Shown here in pieces: positions 39,921 through 50,603 of a stretch of DNA of 64,000 bases. The notes under the pieces were generated by a model, which did not search any database, had not been told where the DNA came from, and saw nothing but the letters and a program-made list of their open reading frames with translations. The translations under genes and the position numbers were made by a program. The DNA is from Candidatus Deianiraeaceae bacterium. Its GTDB lineage: Bacteria; Pseudomonadota; Alphaproteobacteria; Rickettsiales; Deianiraeaceae. The stretch covers positions 2,620 through 66,619 of the forward strand of contig JAVKNF010000012.1 in the NCBI GenBank assembly GCA_031537795.1. The letters run 5' to 3'. Positions within the stretch are counted from its first letter, which is position 1. Every line of letters begins with the position of its first letter.

Positions 39921-40412
39921 ATGTTGTCAATTCAATTTATAAACAATAAAAGCTCCAGTATTTATAAGAACGGAGATTTATTTAAACAAGAAACTATTGG
40001 AAGTAGTGGTATAGACTTAAGAGCAATTTCAATTATAAGTACAACAGGAGAGGTCTTTAATTTACAAGAAAATGAAGTTTTCTTTCTTGAAGCACAAGAG
40101 AGATGTTTAGTGAAAACTGGAATTAAAACTCAATTTGATATAAATTACGAAATACAAATTAGATCAAGATCTGGGCTAGCTTGGAAAAATGGCATCTTTG
40201 TATTAAATAGCCCAGGCACTATAGATAGTGATTACAGAGGTGAGATAGGGGTTATTCTTTATAATTCAAATAAAGAAGACTTCAAAATAAATCTAGGAGA
40301 TAGAATTTGTCAAGCAGTTTTTATGAAAATAGAAAAACCAAAAATAAATTTCAAAACAGAACTTGAAAATTCAGAAAGACAGTCAGGAGGTTTTGGATCC
40401 ACAGGTAAATAA
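39921..40412 (+). CDS. dut: dUTP diphosphatase
   Basis: GSSGIDLRA, RSGLAWKNGI, GTIDSDYRGEIGVILYN, GDRICQ, RQSGGFGSTG. Confidence 0.92.
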   Translation: MLSIQFINNKSSSIYKNGDLFKQETIGSSGIDLRAISIISTTGEVFNLQENEVFFLEAQERCLVKTGIKTQFDINYEIQIRSRSGLAWKNGIFVLNSPGTIDSDYRGEIGVILYNSNKEDFKINLGDRICQAVFMKIEKPKINFKTELENSERQSGGFGSTGK

Positions 40413-40413
40413 T

Positions 40414-41466
40414 ATGAATAAAGAACATATATCTATTTTAGATTCTTTAAAAAATGATATAGATAAAGAAATAAATGTCCATTTTCTTCTTCATAAAATA
40501 AAACCAAAATTTTTAGGAAAAAACAGCTATATTTCATCAGAAATGAATAAACTAAAAAATATATCGGATATCAATGAAAAAAAGCAAACCGCTAAAGAGT
40601 TAAATATATTAAAGACAAAAATAGAAGAGATTATAAAAGAAAAAGAAATTAAACTTGAAGATCTTGAAAATTTTACAGTTTATAATTTTACATCATTTGA
40701 TAAACCAATTAAAATACAAAATGGCTCTTTGCATCTTGTTACAAAAACAATAGAAGAGATTTATAAAATATTTATAAAATACGGTTTCAATGTTCATTTA
40801 GACCAAGAAATTGAGACAGATTTTAACAATTTTACAGGTTTAAATATACCAGAATCTCACCCAGCAAGACAAATGCAAGATACATTTTATTTAGATTCTT
40901 TGGATAATAACGGTAAAAATAATTTATTAAGAACGCACACCACTTGTGTTTCCTTAAAAAGTGCTTTAAAATCTAAAATCCCAATAAAAAATGCCTCTTT
41001 AGGTAAGGTTTTTAGAGTGGATAGCGATAAAACTCACAGCCCTATGTTTCATCAATTTGAATTAACTTATATAGATGAAAATGTTAATTTATCTCATTTA
41101 AAATTTTATCTTGAAAGGCTTCTCAAGGAATTTTTCGAAAATGAAGAACTTAAAATATATTTTAGGCCCAGCTACTTCCCTTTTACCTCTCCATCTTTAG
41201 AGATTGATATAAATTATGATATAATAGATAACAACATTAGAATAGGAACAGGAAATAAAAAACTTGAGGTGCTTGGCGCAGGATTTATACATAAGAATGT
41301 ATTAAAAAATATGAAAATAGATTCAAAAAAATATTCCGGAATTGCATTTGGAGGAGGAGTTGAAAGATTAGCTATGTTAAAATACGGTTGCGATGATATC
41401 AGAGAATTTTATAATTATAATTACAGTTGGTTAAATTTTAATAGCTTCAAAACATTTGATGTATGA
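40414..41466 (+). CDS. pheS: phenylalanine--tRNA ligase alpha subunit
   Basis: HPARQMQDTFY, LLRTHTTCV, FRPSYFPFTSPS, FGGGVERLAMLKYG. The ATG at 40414 is preferred. Confidence 0.9.
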   Translation: MNKEHISILDSLKNDIDKEINVHFLLHKIKPKFLGKNSYISSEMNKLKNISDINEKKQTAKELNILKTKIEEIIKEKEIKLEDLENFTVYNFTSFDKPIKIQNGSLHLVTKTIEEIYKIFIKYGFNVHLDQEIETDFNNFTGLNIPESHPARQMQDTFYLDSLDNNGKNNLLRTHTTCVSLKSALKSKIPIKNASLGKVFRVDSDKTHSPMFHQFELTYIDENVNLSHLKFYLERLLKEFFENEELKIYFRPSYFPFTSPSLEIDINYDIIDNNIRIGTGNKKLEVLGAGFIHKNVLKNMKIDSKKYSGIAFGGGVERLAMLKYGCDDIREFYNYNYSWLNFNSFKTFDV

Positions 41467-42083
41467 ATATGGTAAAAAAAATATTTTATTTTATTTTAAG
41501 TAATTTTATAATTAAGTCCTTCTACTTAATTATAAAAAAAATATTAATTATTTTCACAATTTTTATAACCTGTGGTATATTGTTTCATTTTTGGCTTTAC
41601 CCGAAAATAGAGGAAAATAGAACTCTAAAAAATACATTTGAATATTTTAGATTTTTAGATAAATTCAATAAGCTGAATCAAGAGGAAAAGATAAAATTTT
41701 TAAACGAAGAGATTGCAAATCAATCAAATAATTACAAATACATTTTATATTTAGATAGATTAGATTTAAAAACAATGAATTCAGAAGAAAAATTAGCTTT
41801 TTTTAATAACTTAAAAATTAATATTAAAAAATTACCAGCATTGATGAGAAACGGAATATCTTTTGATATGAATCTAAATCAAGATAATATAAAGAAAGAT
41901 GACCCACTTTATTTAATTCAGATATCACAAGAAATGATTAAGATCGCTTTGGAAATTGAAAATCTTCGTAATGATAAAAAATATATAAAACAAGTGAAAA
42001 ACAAAATAAAAGAATTTCATCCATATATAAAAAATAACTATTTTTTAAATAAAGTAGAAAAAATGATAAATACTAAAATATAA
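41463..42083 (+). CDS. membrane-anchored helical protein, YfgM-like by size and synteny only
   Basis: A 206-aa protein with a single N-terminal TM, located directly upstream of the bamB-like gene. This matches the yfgM-bamB arrangement in other proteobacteria. Confidence 0.25.
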   Translation: MNMVKKIFYFILSNFIIKSFYLIIKKILIIFTIFITCGILFHFWLYPKIEENRTLKNTFEYFRFLDKFNKLNQEEKIKFLNEEIANQSNNYKYILYLDRLDLKTMNSEEKLAFFNNLKINIKKLPALMRNGISFDMNLNQDNIKKDDPLYLIQISQEMIKIALEIENLRNDKKYIKQVKNKIKEFHPYIKNNYFLNKVEKMINTKI

Positions 42084-43432
42084 TGATATATTTAGCATTC
42101 TTATTTTTATTCACATCTTGTAATTTTTTTGAAAAAGAAGAGCCAAAAGCAGATTCTATTTTCACAGATTCAAAAACTTTAACAGAAGATAGCAATCTTC
42201 AATATTCTTTTGTCTCTATACACGAAGAAATTTCTTTGTCTGAAAATCTAAACACTAAAATAAATCAAAAACACAGATCTATAAATCATAAATATAAAGA
42301 AATAGAGAACGATAAAATTAATTTCAAATTCAAAAAATACAATCAGAGATTTTCACTTTATTTTAATACAAAATTCTATAAACAAAATGTTCCAATTGTG
42401 TACAAAAATTATATATTAACAATAGATGAAAATGGAAATATTTATTCCTTCTTGAATAAAAAAGAGATTTGGACACTTGATTTAAAAGGATTTATGAAAA
42501 ATAAAAAAATATTCATAGATTCTTTTATACAGTTGATCCCAGAAAAAAATATTTTAATTATAACTATCAATGATGGAAAGATATTAAATGTTAATCTGGA
42601 AAATGGAAATATAAACTGGCAGAAAGATTTGAATCTATTTATAAGCAATAATCACTCTTGCGATGATAAAAATTGCTACATATTAACATCCGAAGGAACA
42701 ATTTATAATTTAAATATAAAAAATGGAAATATAAACTGGGAAAGAAAAAATGATAATTCAGCAAAAACAATGTATTTAGGTAATAGTTTTTCGCTTCCAA
42801 TACTTGAAAATGAATATATTTATTATTATAATAAAGATAACAATATTGTGAAAATTAACAAGAAAGATGGTCACATTCTTTGGTCCCAAAGAGTTGATTA
42901 TTTGAGTGCAAATTTAAGTAATATAGGTATAAACGATATAGACCACGAAATGATAATCTACAAAGAATATCTAATTGGGGGCTCTTCTTTAATGAATATT
43001 CTTTTTGCTTTAAATAAAAAAAACGGAAGCGTTGTTTGGGTGAATGACTTTAAATTAAATAGCGAAATTCTTCAAGTTGATAATTTTGGATTCTTTTTAT
43101 CAAATGAAAATAATCTTTGTTGTTTAGATTTAGAAACAGGAAGAATAAAATGGATTACAAGATTAGAAGATAATATAGAATATAAAGTTCCTAGATATTT
43201 AAGTAGAGAAAAGAATATTAATTATAAAGTTATTTATAATAGCCCAATAATGGTGAACGGTGAAATTTGGCTAAATAATTATTTTGGAGAGTTGTATAGA
43301 GTGAACCCCCAGAACGGTTCAATTATAGAGCAAAAAGAAGATTTACAACCTTTTATCGCTGGCTCTTTTATAATTTTAAATTCTAAAATAATAGCTGCAG
43401 ATAAATTTGGTGCTTTTTTTATTGACAACTAA
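42083..43432 (+). CDS. bamB: BamB-like PQQ beta-propeller lipoprotein
   Basis: The lipobox LFLFTSC and a repeated blade signature (ENGNINWQKD, KNGNINWERK, KDGHILWSQR, KNGSVVWVND, ETGRIKWITR). Confidence 0.6.
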   Translation: MIYLAFLFLFTSCNFFEKEEPKADSIFTDSKTLTEDSNLQYSFVSIHEEISLSENLNTKINQKHRSINHKYKEIENDKINFKFKKYNQRFSLYFNTKFYKQNVPIVYKNYILTIDENGNIYSFLNKKEIWTLDLKGFMKNKKIFIDSFIQLIPEKNILIITINDGKILNVNLENGNINWQKDLNLFISNNHSCDDKNCYILTSEGTIYNLNIKNGNINWERKNDNSAKTMYLGNSFSLPILENEYIYYYNKDNNIVKINKKDGHILWSQRVDYLSANLSNIGINDIDHEMIIYKEYLIGGSSLMNILFALNKKNGSVVWVNDFKLNSEILQVDNFGFFLSNENNLCCLDLETGRIKWITRLEDNIEYKVPRYLSREKNINYKVIYNSPIMVNGEIWLNNYFGELYRVNPQNGSIIEQKEDLQPFIAGSFIILNSKIIAADKFGAFFIDN

Positions 43433-43455
43433 AATTAAATTATTATAATATTCGT

Positions 43456-43983
43456 ATGTTTGAATTTATTAAAACTTTGTTAAAAGATTTATTTAACGGT
43501 ATATATATTATATTTATTGCATTAGGTGCATTCTCTGCAGGTTTCTTCTATGCAAATCAAATTACTCTTTTTGGTTTCAATCCTTGTAAGTTAGAACAGA
43601 AAAATACAGAACACACAGCAGAAGTTAAAGTAGAAAATTTAGAACCAGAAATTAACAGCCAAATTCAAACTAATCAACATACAGTAGAAAATTCAACAAA
43701 TACAATTTCTAACACTCAACCGATAATTAATCAAGAAATTAATCAAATGCAAGCAATTCCTGAAATAAAAAAACAAGGGGAAATTAATATAATTGTTGAT
43801 CCAAAAAATGGAACTTCTTCTGTTTCAATAACTCCAAATCAATCTTTAGTTGTAAACCCTAAATTATCAGAAATTAACAGCCAAATTCAAAATACTCAAG
43901 ATAATAACATTGACCAAAAATCTACAAATAAAATAAATAAACCCTCTATTGACTTGCCGAAAATTAAAAAAGGCTCAAAATAA
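43456..43983 (+). CDS. hypothetical membrane-anchored Gln/Asn-rich protein
   Basis: An N-terminal TM and a low-complexity tail with the repeated EINSQIQ(T/N).Q. Confidence 0.4.
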   Translation: MFEFIKTLLKDLFNGIYIIFIALGAFSAGFFYANQITLFGFNPCKLEQKNTEHTAEVKVENLEPEINSQIQTNQHTVENSTNTISNTQPIINQEINQMQAIPEIKKQGEINIIVDPKNGTSSVSITPNQSLVVNPKLSEINSQIQNTQDNNIDQKSTNKINKPSIDLPKIKKGSK

Positions 43984-44001
43984 TCTTTAAGGTTTTAATA
44001 A

Positions 44002-45981
44002 ATGAAATTTCAAATAGATACGAAATTCAAACCTTCCGGAGACCAACCTGAAGCTATAAATAAATTAATAAAAGGTTTAGAAAGCAATAAAAAAGATCAA
44101 ATATTATTCGGAATCACGGGCAGTGGTAAAACTTTCACGATAGCAAATATCATAGAGAGAACTCAAAGACCTGCTGTTATAATGGTTCATAACAAAACAT
44201 TGGCAGCTCAACTTTACAATGAAATGAAAAATTTCTTCCCGAAGAATGCAATTGAATATTTTATTTCTTATTATGATTATTATCAACCAGAAGCATATTT
44301 AAGTTCAACCGACACCTATATAGAAAAAGACTCCTCTATTAATAGTCAAATAGACCAACTTCGACATTCTGCGACAATGTCAATTATGGAAAGAAAAGAT
44401 GTTGTTATAGTATGTTCTGTTTCTGCAATATACGGGTTAGGAAACCCAGATGAATATTCTGCAATGACTATAAGAATTCAAAAACAACAAAAAATAGAAT
44501 TAAAAGAGATAAAATCAAGATTAGTTGATCTTCAATATAAAAGAAATGATATGTCGTTTGAGCGAGGGTCTTTTATGATAAAAGGAGATTTGCTTTATAT
44601 ATTCCCTCCCTCTGCTGATAACATTGCTGTTAGAATTGATATGTTTGGAGATGATATAGAATCGATAAATGAATTTGATGTCATCACAGGTAAAAAAATA
44701 AGAGAATTAGACTTTGTAAATATATACCCAAACGGGCATCACGTTACAACTATGCAAAAATTAAGAACTTGTACTCCTTTAATTTTAAAAGAAATGGAAG
44801 AGAGGGTTCTTTATTTTAAATCAATAGGTAAATTCGCCGAAGCTCAAAGATTAGAAACTAAAGTTAGATATGATATAGAAATGATGACGGAAACTGGATC
44901 TTGTAAAGGTATAGAAAATTACTCAAGATACCTTGCAGGAAAAGAAGCAGGAGAACCTCCAATAACATTATTTAATTATATTCCGAAAGATGCAATTCTT
45001 TTTCTTGATGAAAGCCACATTACTTTACCTCAAATAAAAGCAATGTATAGCGGAGATAGAGCGAGAAAAGAAAATCTTATAGATTACGGCTTCAGATTGC
45101 CTTCTGCCTTTGATAACAGACCTCTCAAAATAGAAGAATGGGAAAATATTAGACCGCAAACTATATTTGTCTCGGCAACGCCAGCTAAAATTGAATTAGA
45201 GAAAACACAAGGAGAAGTTGTAGAACAGTTAATTAGACCTACCGGACTACTTGACCCAATATGTGAAATAAAACCAACTGAAGGGCAAATTCAAGATGCA
45301 ATGATTGAAATTCTAAAAGCAAAAGAGCAAAATTTAAGAACAATATGTATAACAATTACAAAAGCATATTCTGAAAAACTGTCTGAATATCTTACAAAAA
45401 ATGGAATAAAGGCAGAATATATTCATTCGGATGTAAAAACACTTGAAAGAATTGAAATCATTAAAAGACTGAAACAGGGAAAATTAGATGCAATTATAGG
45501 AATAAACCTTTTAAGAGAAGGAATTGATATACCTGAATGCGGTTTAGTTTTAATATTAGATGCAGATAAAGAAGGGTTCTTAAGATCAGAAACTGCTTTA
45601 ATACAAATTATAGGAAGAGCGGCCAGAAATTCAGCAGGTAAGGTTATTTTATATGCAGATAAATTCACAGATGCAATAAAAAAAGCAACAGAAGAAACTT
45701 CAAGAAGAAGAGCTATTCAGATAGAATTTAACAAAAAACATAATATAATACCTACTACTACTACAAATGCAATAAAGAATATATTTGATGACATACTGGA
45801 AGAAGAATTAGATACAAACCTTTTACATTACAAAGAAATGTCTTTAAAACAAATAGAAACGGAGATTGAAAAATTAACAAAAGTTATGAAAAAAGCAGCA
45901 AAAAAATTAGACTTTGATATTGCAACACAAACTCAAGAACTAATAGAAAAAATTAAGAAAATTAAAGAAAAAAATTATTAA
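44002..45981 (+). CDS. uvrB: excinuclease ABC subunit B
   Basis: FKPSGDQPEAI, GITGSGKTFT, YYDYYQPEAY, LDESH, GINLLREGIDIPE, IGRAARN, and the C-terminal UVR coil. Confidence 0.95.
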   Translation: MKFQIDTKFKPSGDQPEAINKLIKGLESNKKDQILFGITGSGKTFTIANIIERTQRPAVIMVHNKTLAAQLYNEMKNFFPKNAIEYFISYYDYYQPEAYLSSTDTYIEKDSSINSQIDQLRHSATMSIMERKDVVIVCSVSAIYGLGNPDEYSAMTIRIQKQQKIELKEIKSRLVDLQYKRNDMSFERGSFMIKGDLLYIFPPSADNIAVRIDMFGDDIESINEFDVITGKKIRELDFVNIYPNGHHVTTMQKLRTCTPLILKEMEERVLYFKSIGKFAEAQRLETKVRYDIEMMTETGSCKGIENYSRYLAGKEAGEPPITLFNYIPKDAILFLDESHITLPQIKAMYSGDRARKENLIDYGFRLPSAFDNRPLKIEEWENIRPQTIFVSATPAKIELEKTQGEVVEQLIRPTGLLDPICEIKPTEGQIQDAMIEILKAKEQNLRTICITITKAYSEKLSEYLTKNGIKAEYIHSDVKTLERIEIIKRLKQGKLDAIIGINLLREGIDIPECGLVLILDADKEGFLRSETALIQIIGRAARNSAGKVILYADKFTDAIKKATEETSRRRAIQIEFNKKHNIIPTTTTNAIKNIFDDILEEELDTNLLHYKEMSLKQIETEIEKLTKVMKKAAKKLDFDIATQTQELIEKIKKIKEKNY

Positions 45982-46032
45982 AATCTTTATCCAAACTTGA
46001 AAATTAATTAATTATGTTAAAAAATTATAAAA

Positions 46033-46848
46033 ATGTTTAAAGAGTTAAGAAAGTTAATATTAGAATATTCTTATAAGTCTAAAATAGGCCATATAAGCTC
46101 ACATCTTTCAATATGTGATTTAATTTGGTGTTTATACAATTTTGTTTTAAAAAATTCACCTTCTGATTATAAGAATAATATTTTAAATAAAGAAAGAGAT
46201 AGGTTTATTTTATCAAAAGGGCATGCAGCATTAGCTCTTTATGTGACACTATTTTTAAAAAATTACATAACAAAAGAAGAAATTGAATCTTATGCAAAAA
46301 ATGGAAGCTGTTTAGCTGTTCACCCGAAACAAGAAGTAAAAGGAGTTGAGTTTTCAACAGGTTCATTAGGGCAAGGAATAACTTTTGCAAACGGCTATGC
46401 TTTGTCTGCAAAAATAGAAAATTCTAACAGAAAAACATACTGTCTAATTAGTGACGGTGAAATAAATGAGGGTTCTTGCTGGGAAGCTTTTATGTTTATA
46501 ATTCAACACAACTTAAATAATTTAATTATTATTTACGACAACAACAATTTACAATGTTTAGGAGAAACAAAAGATATTATAAATAATCATAATATTAATG
46601 AAAAGATGAAAACATTCGGCTTTGAAGTTATTGATACGGAAGGACATAATCATAATAATTTAAAAAATTTATTTAAAGAAATTGAAATAAAAATAGATAG
46701 CAATAAAAATCAAAAACCAATTTTTATAAACGCAAAAACAATAGCAGGAAAAGGGATTTCTTTTATGGAAAATAAACTAGAGTGGCATTATAAAACATTA
46801 ACAGAAGAGATATTTAATCGAGCGATAATTGAATTAAATAGAAATTAG
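46033..46848 (+). CDS. transketolase, N-terminal (TPP-binding) subunit
   Basis: GHISSHLS, SKGHAALALY, STGSLGQG, ISDGEINEGSCWEA. Confidence 0.85.
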   Translation: MFKELRKLILEYSYKSKIGHISSHLSICDLIWCLYNFVLKNSPSDYKNNILNKERDRFILSKGHAALALYVTLFLKNYITKEEIESYAKNGSCLAVHPKQEVKGVEFSTGSLGQGITFANGYALSAKIENSNRKTYCLISDGEINEGSCWEAFMFIIQHNLNNLIIIYDNNNLQCLGETKDIINNHNINEKMKTFGFEVIDTEGHNHNNLKNLFKEIEIKIDSNKNQKPIFINAKTIAGKGISFMENKLEWHYKTLTEEIFNRAIIELNRN

Positions 46849-46859
46849 AATTTTAAAGA

Positions 46860-47759
46860 ATGAGAGAGGTATTTATAAAAAAATTAACAGAATTAGCAAC
46901 AAAGGACGAGAGAATAGTCCTATTAACAGGGGATTTAGGTTTTGGAGTAGTTGAAGAATTTATTAGATTATTTCCAAAAAGGTTTTATAATGTTGGAATT
47001 TCAGAGCAAAATATGATAGGAATTGCAACTGGTTTAGCAAAAGACAGATATATTCCTTTTTGTTATTCAATAGCTCCGTTTACATTATTAAGGCCTTATG
47101 AATTTATCAAAAATGGACCAGTTTTGCACAATTTAAAAGTTAGAATTATTGCAACTGGAGGTGGCTTTGAATATGGTAATGCAGGGCAAACACATTATTG
47201 CTTGGAAGATGTTGCAATTACAAGAGTATTTCCCAATTTAGAATCATATTTTCCTATTAATGCAAATAATTCAGCAGATTTACTTGAAAAAACATATAAT
47301 AATAATGCTCCAATTTATTACAGAATTGGTAAAAATAAATCTAGCTTAAGTGATGAAATAATAGAATCCTCAAGCAATACTTTCCTCGAAACGCTATATG
47401 AAAAAGAAACAAATAAAACAGCTGTAATTTGTTTGTCAAGTTCAGTAGAGGAAGGAATTAAAGCTTTAGAAATTAGAAAAAATGAATTTAACCTTTATGC
47501 AATTACAAAAATAAACCCAATTCCTATGAATGCAATTAAAGAAATAATAAAGAAACATAAGAAAATTATTACGGTTGAAGCTTGTTATTTAAACGGTGGG
47601 CTTGGTTCAATTTTGTCTGAAATTATTACAGATAATTGTATTGAGGATAAAAAATTAATAAGATTAGCGGTAAGAGGTGAAGTTAAATTAAACGGAGACC
47701 AGAATTTTATGAAAAAAGAATATTTAATTGATTGCCAGTCTATAATCAATAATTTATAA
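46860..47759 (+). CDS. transketolase, C-terminal (pyrimidine-binding) subunit
   Basis: DLGFGVVEEF, NVGISEQNMIG, ATGGGFEYGNAGQTH. Confidence 0.85.
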   Translation: MREVFIKKLTELATKDERIVLLTGDLGFGVVEEFIRLFPKRFYNVGISEQNMIGIATGLAKDRYIPFCYSIAPFTLLRPYEFIKNGPVLHNLKVRIIATGGGFEYGNAGQTHYCLEDVAITRVFPNLESYFPINANNSADLLEKTYNNNAPIYYRIGKNKSSLSDEIIESSSNTFLETLYEKETNKTAVICLSSSVEEGIKALEIRKNEFNLYAITKINPIPMNAIKEIIKKHKKIITVEACYLNGGLGSILSEIITDNCIEDKKLIRLAVRGEVKLNGDQNFMKKEYLIDCQSIINNL

Positions 47760-47773
47760 TATATTTTAATAAA

Positions 47774-48868
47774 ATGAATGAGATAAAAGAAATTAAAGTA
47801 AAAAATAAAAATAAAAATTACTCAATTATTATAGGAAGTCTAAACAAAAATATATTAAATACATATATTAAATTTGAGGATTTTTCACAAATAATATTAT
47901 TAACTGAAGAAAAAATATACAATTTGTGGGTTGATTTTTTTGAAGAAAATCTATCAAAAAATATTAAAATTATAAAAATTAAAACAGGGGAAGGCGAAAA
48001 AAATATCAAAAATGCAGAATATGTTTGGAGAGAGATGATAAATTTTAATTTAGACAGAAAATCTCTATTAATAAATTTTGGAGGGGGAATGATCTCTGAT
48101 TTAGGTGGTTTTATCGCCTCAACTTATATGAGAGGAGTTGAATATATAAACATCCCTACAACTTTATTGGCAATGGTTGATGCAAGTATAGGCGGTAAAA
48201 CTGCAATAAATTTAGGTGAAATAAAAAATATTATAGGTTGTTTTTCAAGCCCAAATTCTATTTTTATTGATATAAGATTTCTTTCAACTTTAGCAGAAAG
48301 AGAGCTAAATTCAGCAAAAGCAGAAATGATAAAACATGCAATTATAAAAGATGAAAATTACTTTAGATCTTTTGAAAATACAAAAAATGTTAATAATAAA
48401 AATGAATTATTAGAATTAATAGAGAAATCAATTGAAATAAAAAGAAATATCGTAGAAGAAGATTTTGAAGAGAAAAATATTCGTAAAATATTAAATTTTG
48501 GGCATACAATAGGCCACGCTTTTGAAGCTTTATCTTTAAAAACCAAAAACCCTCTTCTACACGGCGAAGCTATTGCAATTGGAATACTTGTAGAATCTAC
48601 AATAGCATTAAATTTAGATATTTTAAAGAAAGAAGAATATAAAAGAATAGAAAATTGCATCAACTTGAATTTCAAAGAACTTTTTTCAAAAAAACCACAA
48701 TTTAAAATACAAGAAATATTAAATATTATTCGAAAAGATAAAAAAAATGAATTTAACAAATTGAAATTTGCACTACCTAATAAAATAGGAAACTGTTTAC
48801 ATGATATAGAAGTTGAAAATGAGATAATTGAAAATTCTTTAAGTAAATTTTATCAAAATGCAATATAG
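47774..48868 (+). CDS. aroB: 3-dehydroquinate synthase
   Basis: GGGMISDLGGFIASTYMRGVEYINIPTTLLAMVDASIGGKTAIN, EMIKHA, LNFGHTIGHAFE, HGEAIAIG. Confidence 0.85.
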   Translation: MNEIKEIKVKNKNKNYSIIIGSLNKNILNTYIKFEDFSQIILLTEEKIYNLWVDFFEENLSKNIKIIKIKTGEGEKNIKNAEYVWREMINFNLDRKSLLINFGGGMISDLGGFIASTYMRGVEYINIPTTLLAMVDASIGGKTAINLGEIKNIIGCFSSPNSIFIDIRFLSTLAERELNSAKAEMIKHAIIKDENYFRSFENTKNVNNKNELLELIEKSIEIKRNIVEEDFEEKNIRKILNFGHTIGHAFEALSLKTKNPLLHGEAIAIGILVESTIALNLDILKKEEYKRIENCINLNFKELFSKKPQFKIQEILNIIRKDKKNEFNKLKFALPNKIGNCLHDIEVENEIIENSLSKFYQNAI

Positions 48869-49502
48869 AAATATTATATTATTTGGGTTTAGATATACAG
48901 GAAAGACGACTATAGGTGAGGTTTTAGCAGAAATAAATAATTTTAAATTTGTAGATTTAGATTTTGAAATTGAAAAAACTTCTGGCATTAAAATATTTGA
49001 TTTCGTCCAAACAGAATCAGGTTGGAATGATTTTAGAAGAATTGAATTTGAACTTTTTGAAAAATTTATAGAAGAAGAAAATGTTGTAATATCTTGTGGA
49101 GCAGGAGTAGGAATAAATAATGCAAAATATAAAAATAAAACATTTGGAGAATTTGAAATTGAAATTCTAAATAATACCGAGAATTCTTTAAAAATATTAT
49201 TATATGCAAATGAGAGTTCTGTTGTAGAAAGAATAAAAGTTGATGCGTTAAAAAGACCTCTGCTTTCAAGTAAAAAAACATTATCACTTGATGAAATAAT
49301 AGAAGAAAATCTAATGTTAAATATAAAAAGAAAGCCTATTTATGAAAATATAAAATATGATATGAAACTTGATTCTTCGGATAATAATTTATATGAATTA
49401 GTAAGAAATGGAGGTAAAATTAATTCAAAAATAGAAATACAAAATATAAGAGAAATAGACAGAATTAAGAGAATTTTTAATTTTAAAATTATAGGAGTTT
49501 AA
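48858..49502 (+). CDS. aroK: shikimate kinase (with C-terminal extension)
   Basis: IILFGFRYTGKTTIGEVLA, FVDLDFEIEK, WNDFRRIEFE, VISCGAGVG. Confidence 0.7.
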   Translation: MQYRNIILFGFRYTGKTTIGEVLAEINNFKFVDLDFEIEKTSGIKIFDFVQTESGWNDFRRIEFELFEKFIEEENVVISCGAGVGINNAKYKNKTFGEFEIEILNNTENSLKILLYANESSVVERIKVDALKRPLLSSKKTLSLDEIIEENLMLNIKRKPIYENIKYDMKLDSSDNNLYELVRNGGKINSKIEIQNIREIDRIKRIFNFKIIGV

Positions 49503-49511
49503 TTTTAAGAG

Positions 49512-50585
49512 TTATCTTCTAATAATATTATCGCTCAAAGCTTTCTTTTTTAATTCAGAAATTATTATATCTAATTGCTTGCCTTGATTCATAATTTCCT
49601 CCAAATTATGTAGACTAAAATTAATTCTGTGATCTGTTATTCTGTTTTGAGGAAAATTATAAGTTCTGATTTTTTCACTCCTATCACCAGAACCTATTTG
49701 ACTTTTTCTAGCCGAAGTTATCTCTTTATTTCTTTTTTCTTCTTCAAATTCGAAAATCCTAGAACGTAAAATTTTCATACCCTTTTCTCTGTTGGCAATT
49801 TGGCTTCTTCCGTCTTGCTGAACAATTATAATTCCAGTAGGAATATGTTTAATTCTAACCGCAGATTCTGTTTTATTTACATGTTGCCCCCCTGCTCCAC
49901 CAGATTTAAAAACATCTATCTCGAGATCTTCTTTTTTAATATTAATATCCAAATCGTCTAATTCAGGTAGAACAACAACAGTGGCTGCGCTTGTGTGTAA
50001 TCTTCCACTATTTTCTGTTGCTGGAACTCTCTGCACTCTGTGTGTTCCTGATTCATATTTCATAACAGAATAAACATCCACCCCGATAACATTTATTGTA
50101 GCACTTTTTATACCTTTCGTTTCACTTAAATGAGATTCAATAATGTCAAATTTCCATTTTTTATAATCTGAAAATCTTGCATACATATTCATCAAGTCCT
50201 CTGCAAATAAACTTGCCTCTTCTCCACCTGTTCCTGCTCTAATTTCTAAAATAACATTTTTATCGTCATTTGGGTCTTTTGGTCTCGATTCCTCTTCTAT
50301 TAATAATTTTAATCTTTCAATTTCAATTTCAGATTTTTTTGTTTCATCTTTCAATAAATCCCTAAACTCTTGATCTATTGATCTGTCTTTTATCATTTCA
50401 TTATTAGAAATTAGATTTTCTTGATTTTTCTTATAATTAAGGCACAGTTCAAATAACTTTTCAATCTTTGCTTTTTCTTTTGTTAATTTTATAGAAATCT
50501 CAAGATCTTCATAACTCTTTAATATCTTATTTTCTAAAGATTTATAATCAGATATAATTTTCTCTACAAATATATCTAATTCCAT
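49512..50585 (-). CDS. prfA: peptide chain release factor 1
   Basis: EIRAGTGGEEA, PAT-type tripeptide region RVPATE, SGGAGGQHVNKTESAVRI. Confidence 0.95.
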   Translation of the reverse strand: MELDIFVEKIISDYKSLENKILKSYEDLEISIKLTKEKAKIEKLFELCLNYKKNQENLISNNEMIKDRSIDQEFRDLLKDETKKSEIEIERLKLLIEEESRPKDPNDDKNVILEIRAGTGGEEASLFAEDLMNMYARFSDYKKWKFDIIESHLSETKGIKSATINVIGVDVYSVMKYESGTHRVQRVPATENSGRLHTSAATVVVLPELDDLDINIKKEDLEIDVFKSGGAGGQHVNKTESAVRIKHIPTGIIIVQQDGRSQIANREKGMKILRSRIFEFEEEKRNKEITSARKSQIGSGDRSEKIRTYNFPQNRITDHRINFSLHNLEEIMNQGKQLDIIISELKKKALSDNIIRR

Positions 50586-50603
50586 TTTGACGACAACAAT
50601 TGC

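Noticed and set aside
47774-49502. aroB-like gene plus kinase plus transketolase as a C7-cyclitol (sedoheptulose-7-P cyclase) cluster
   Set aside because: The cyclase shows the canonical dehydroquinate synthase pattern (GGKTAIN, EMIKHA, LNFGHTIGHAFE, HGEAIA) and the kinase shows shikimate-kinase motifs. There is no positive evidence for an EEVS/DDGS-type enzyme.
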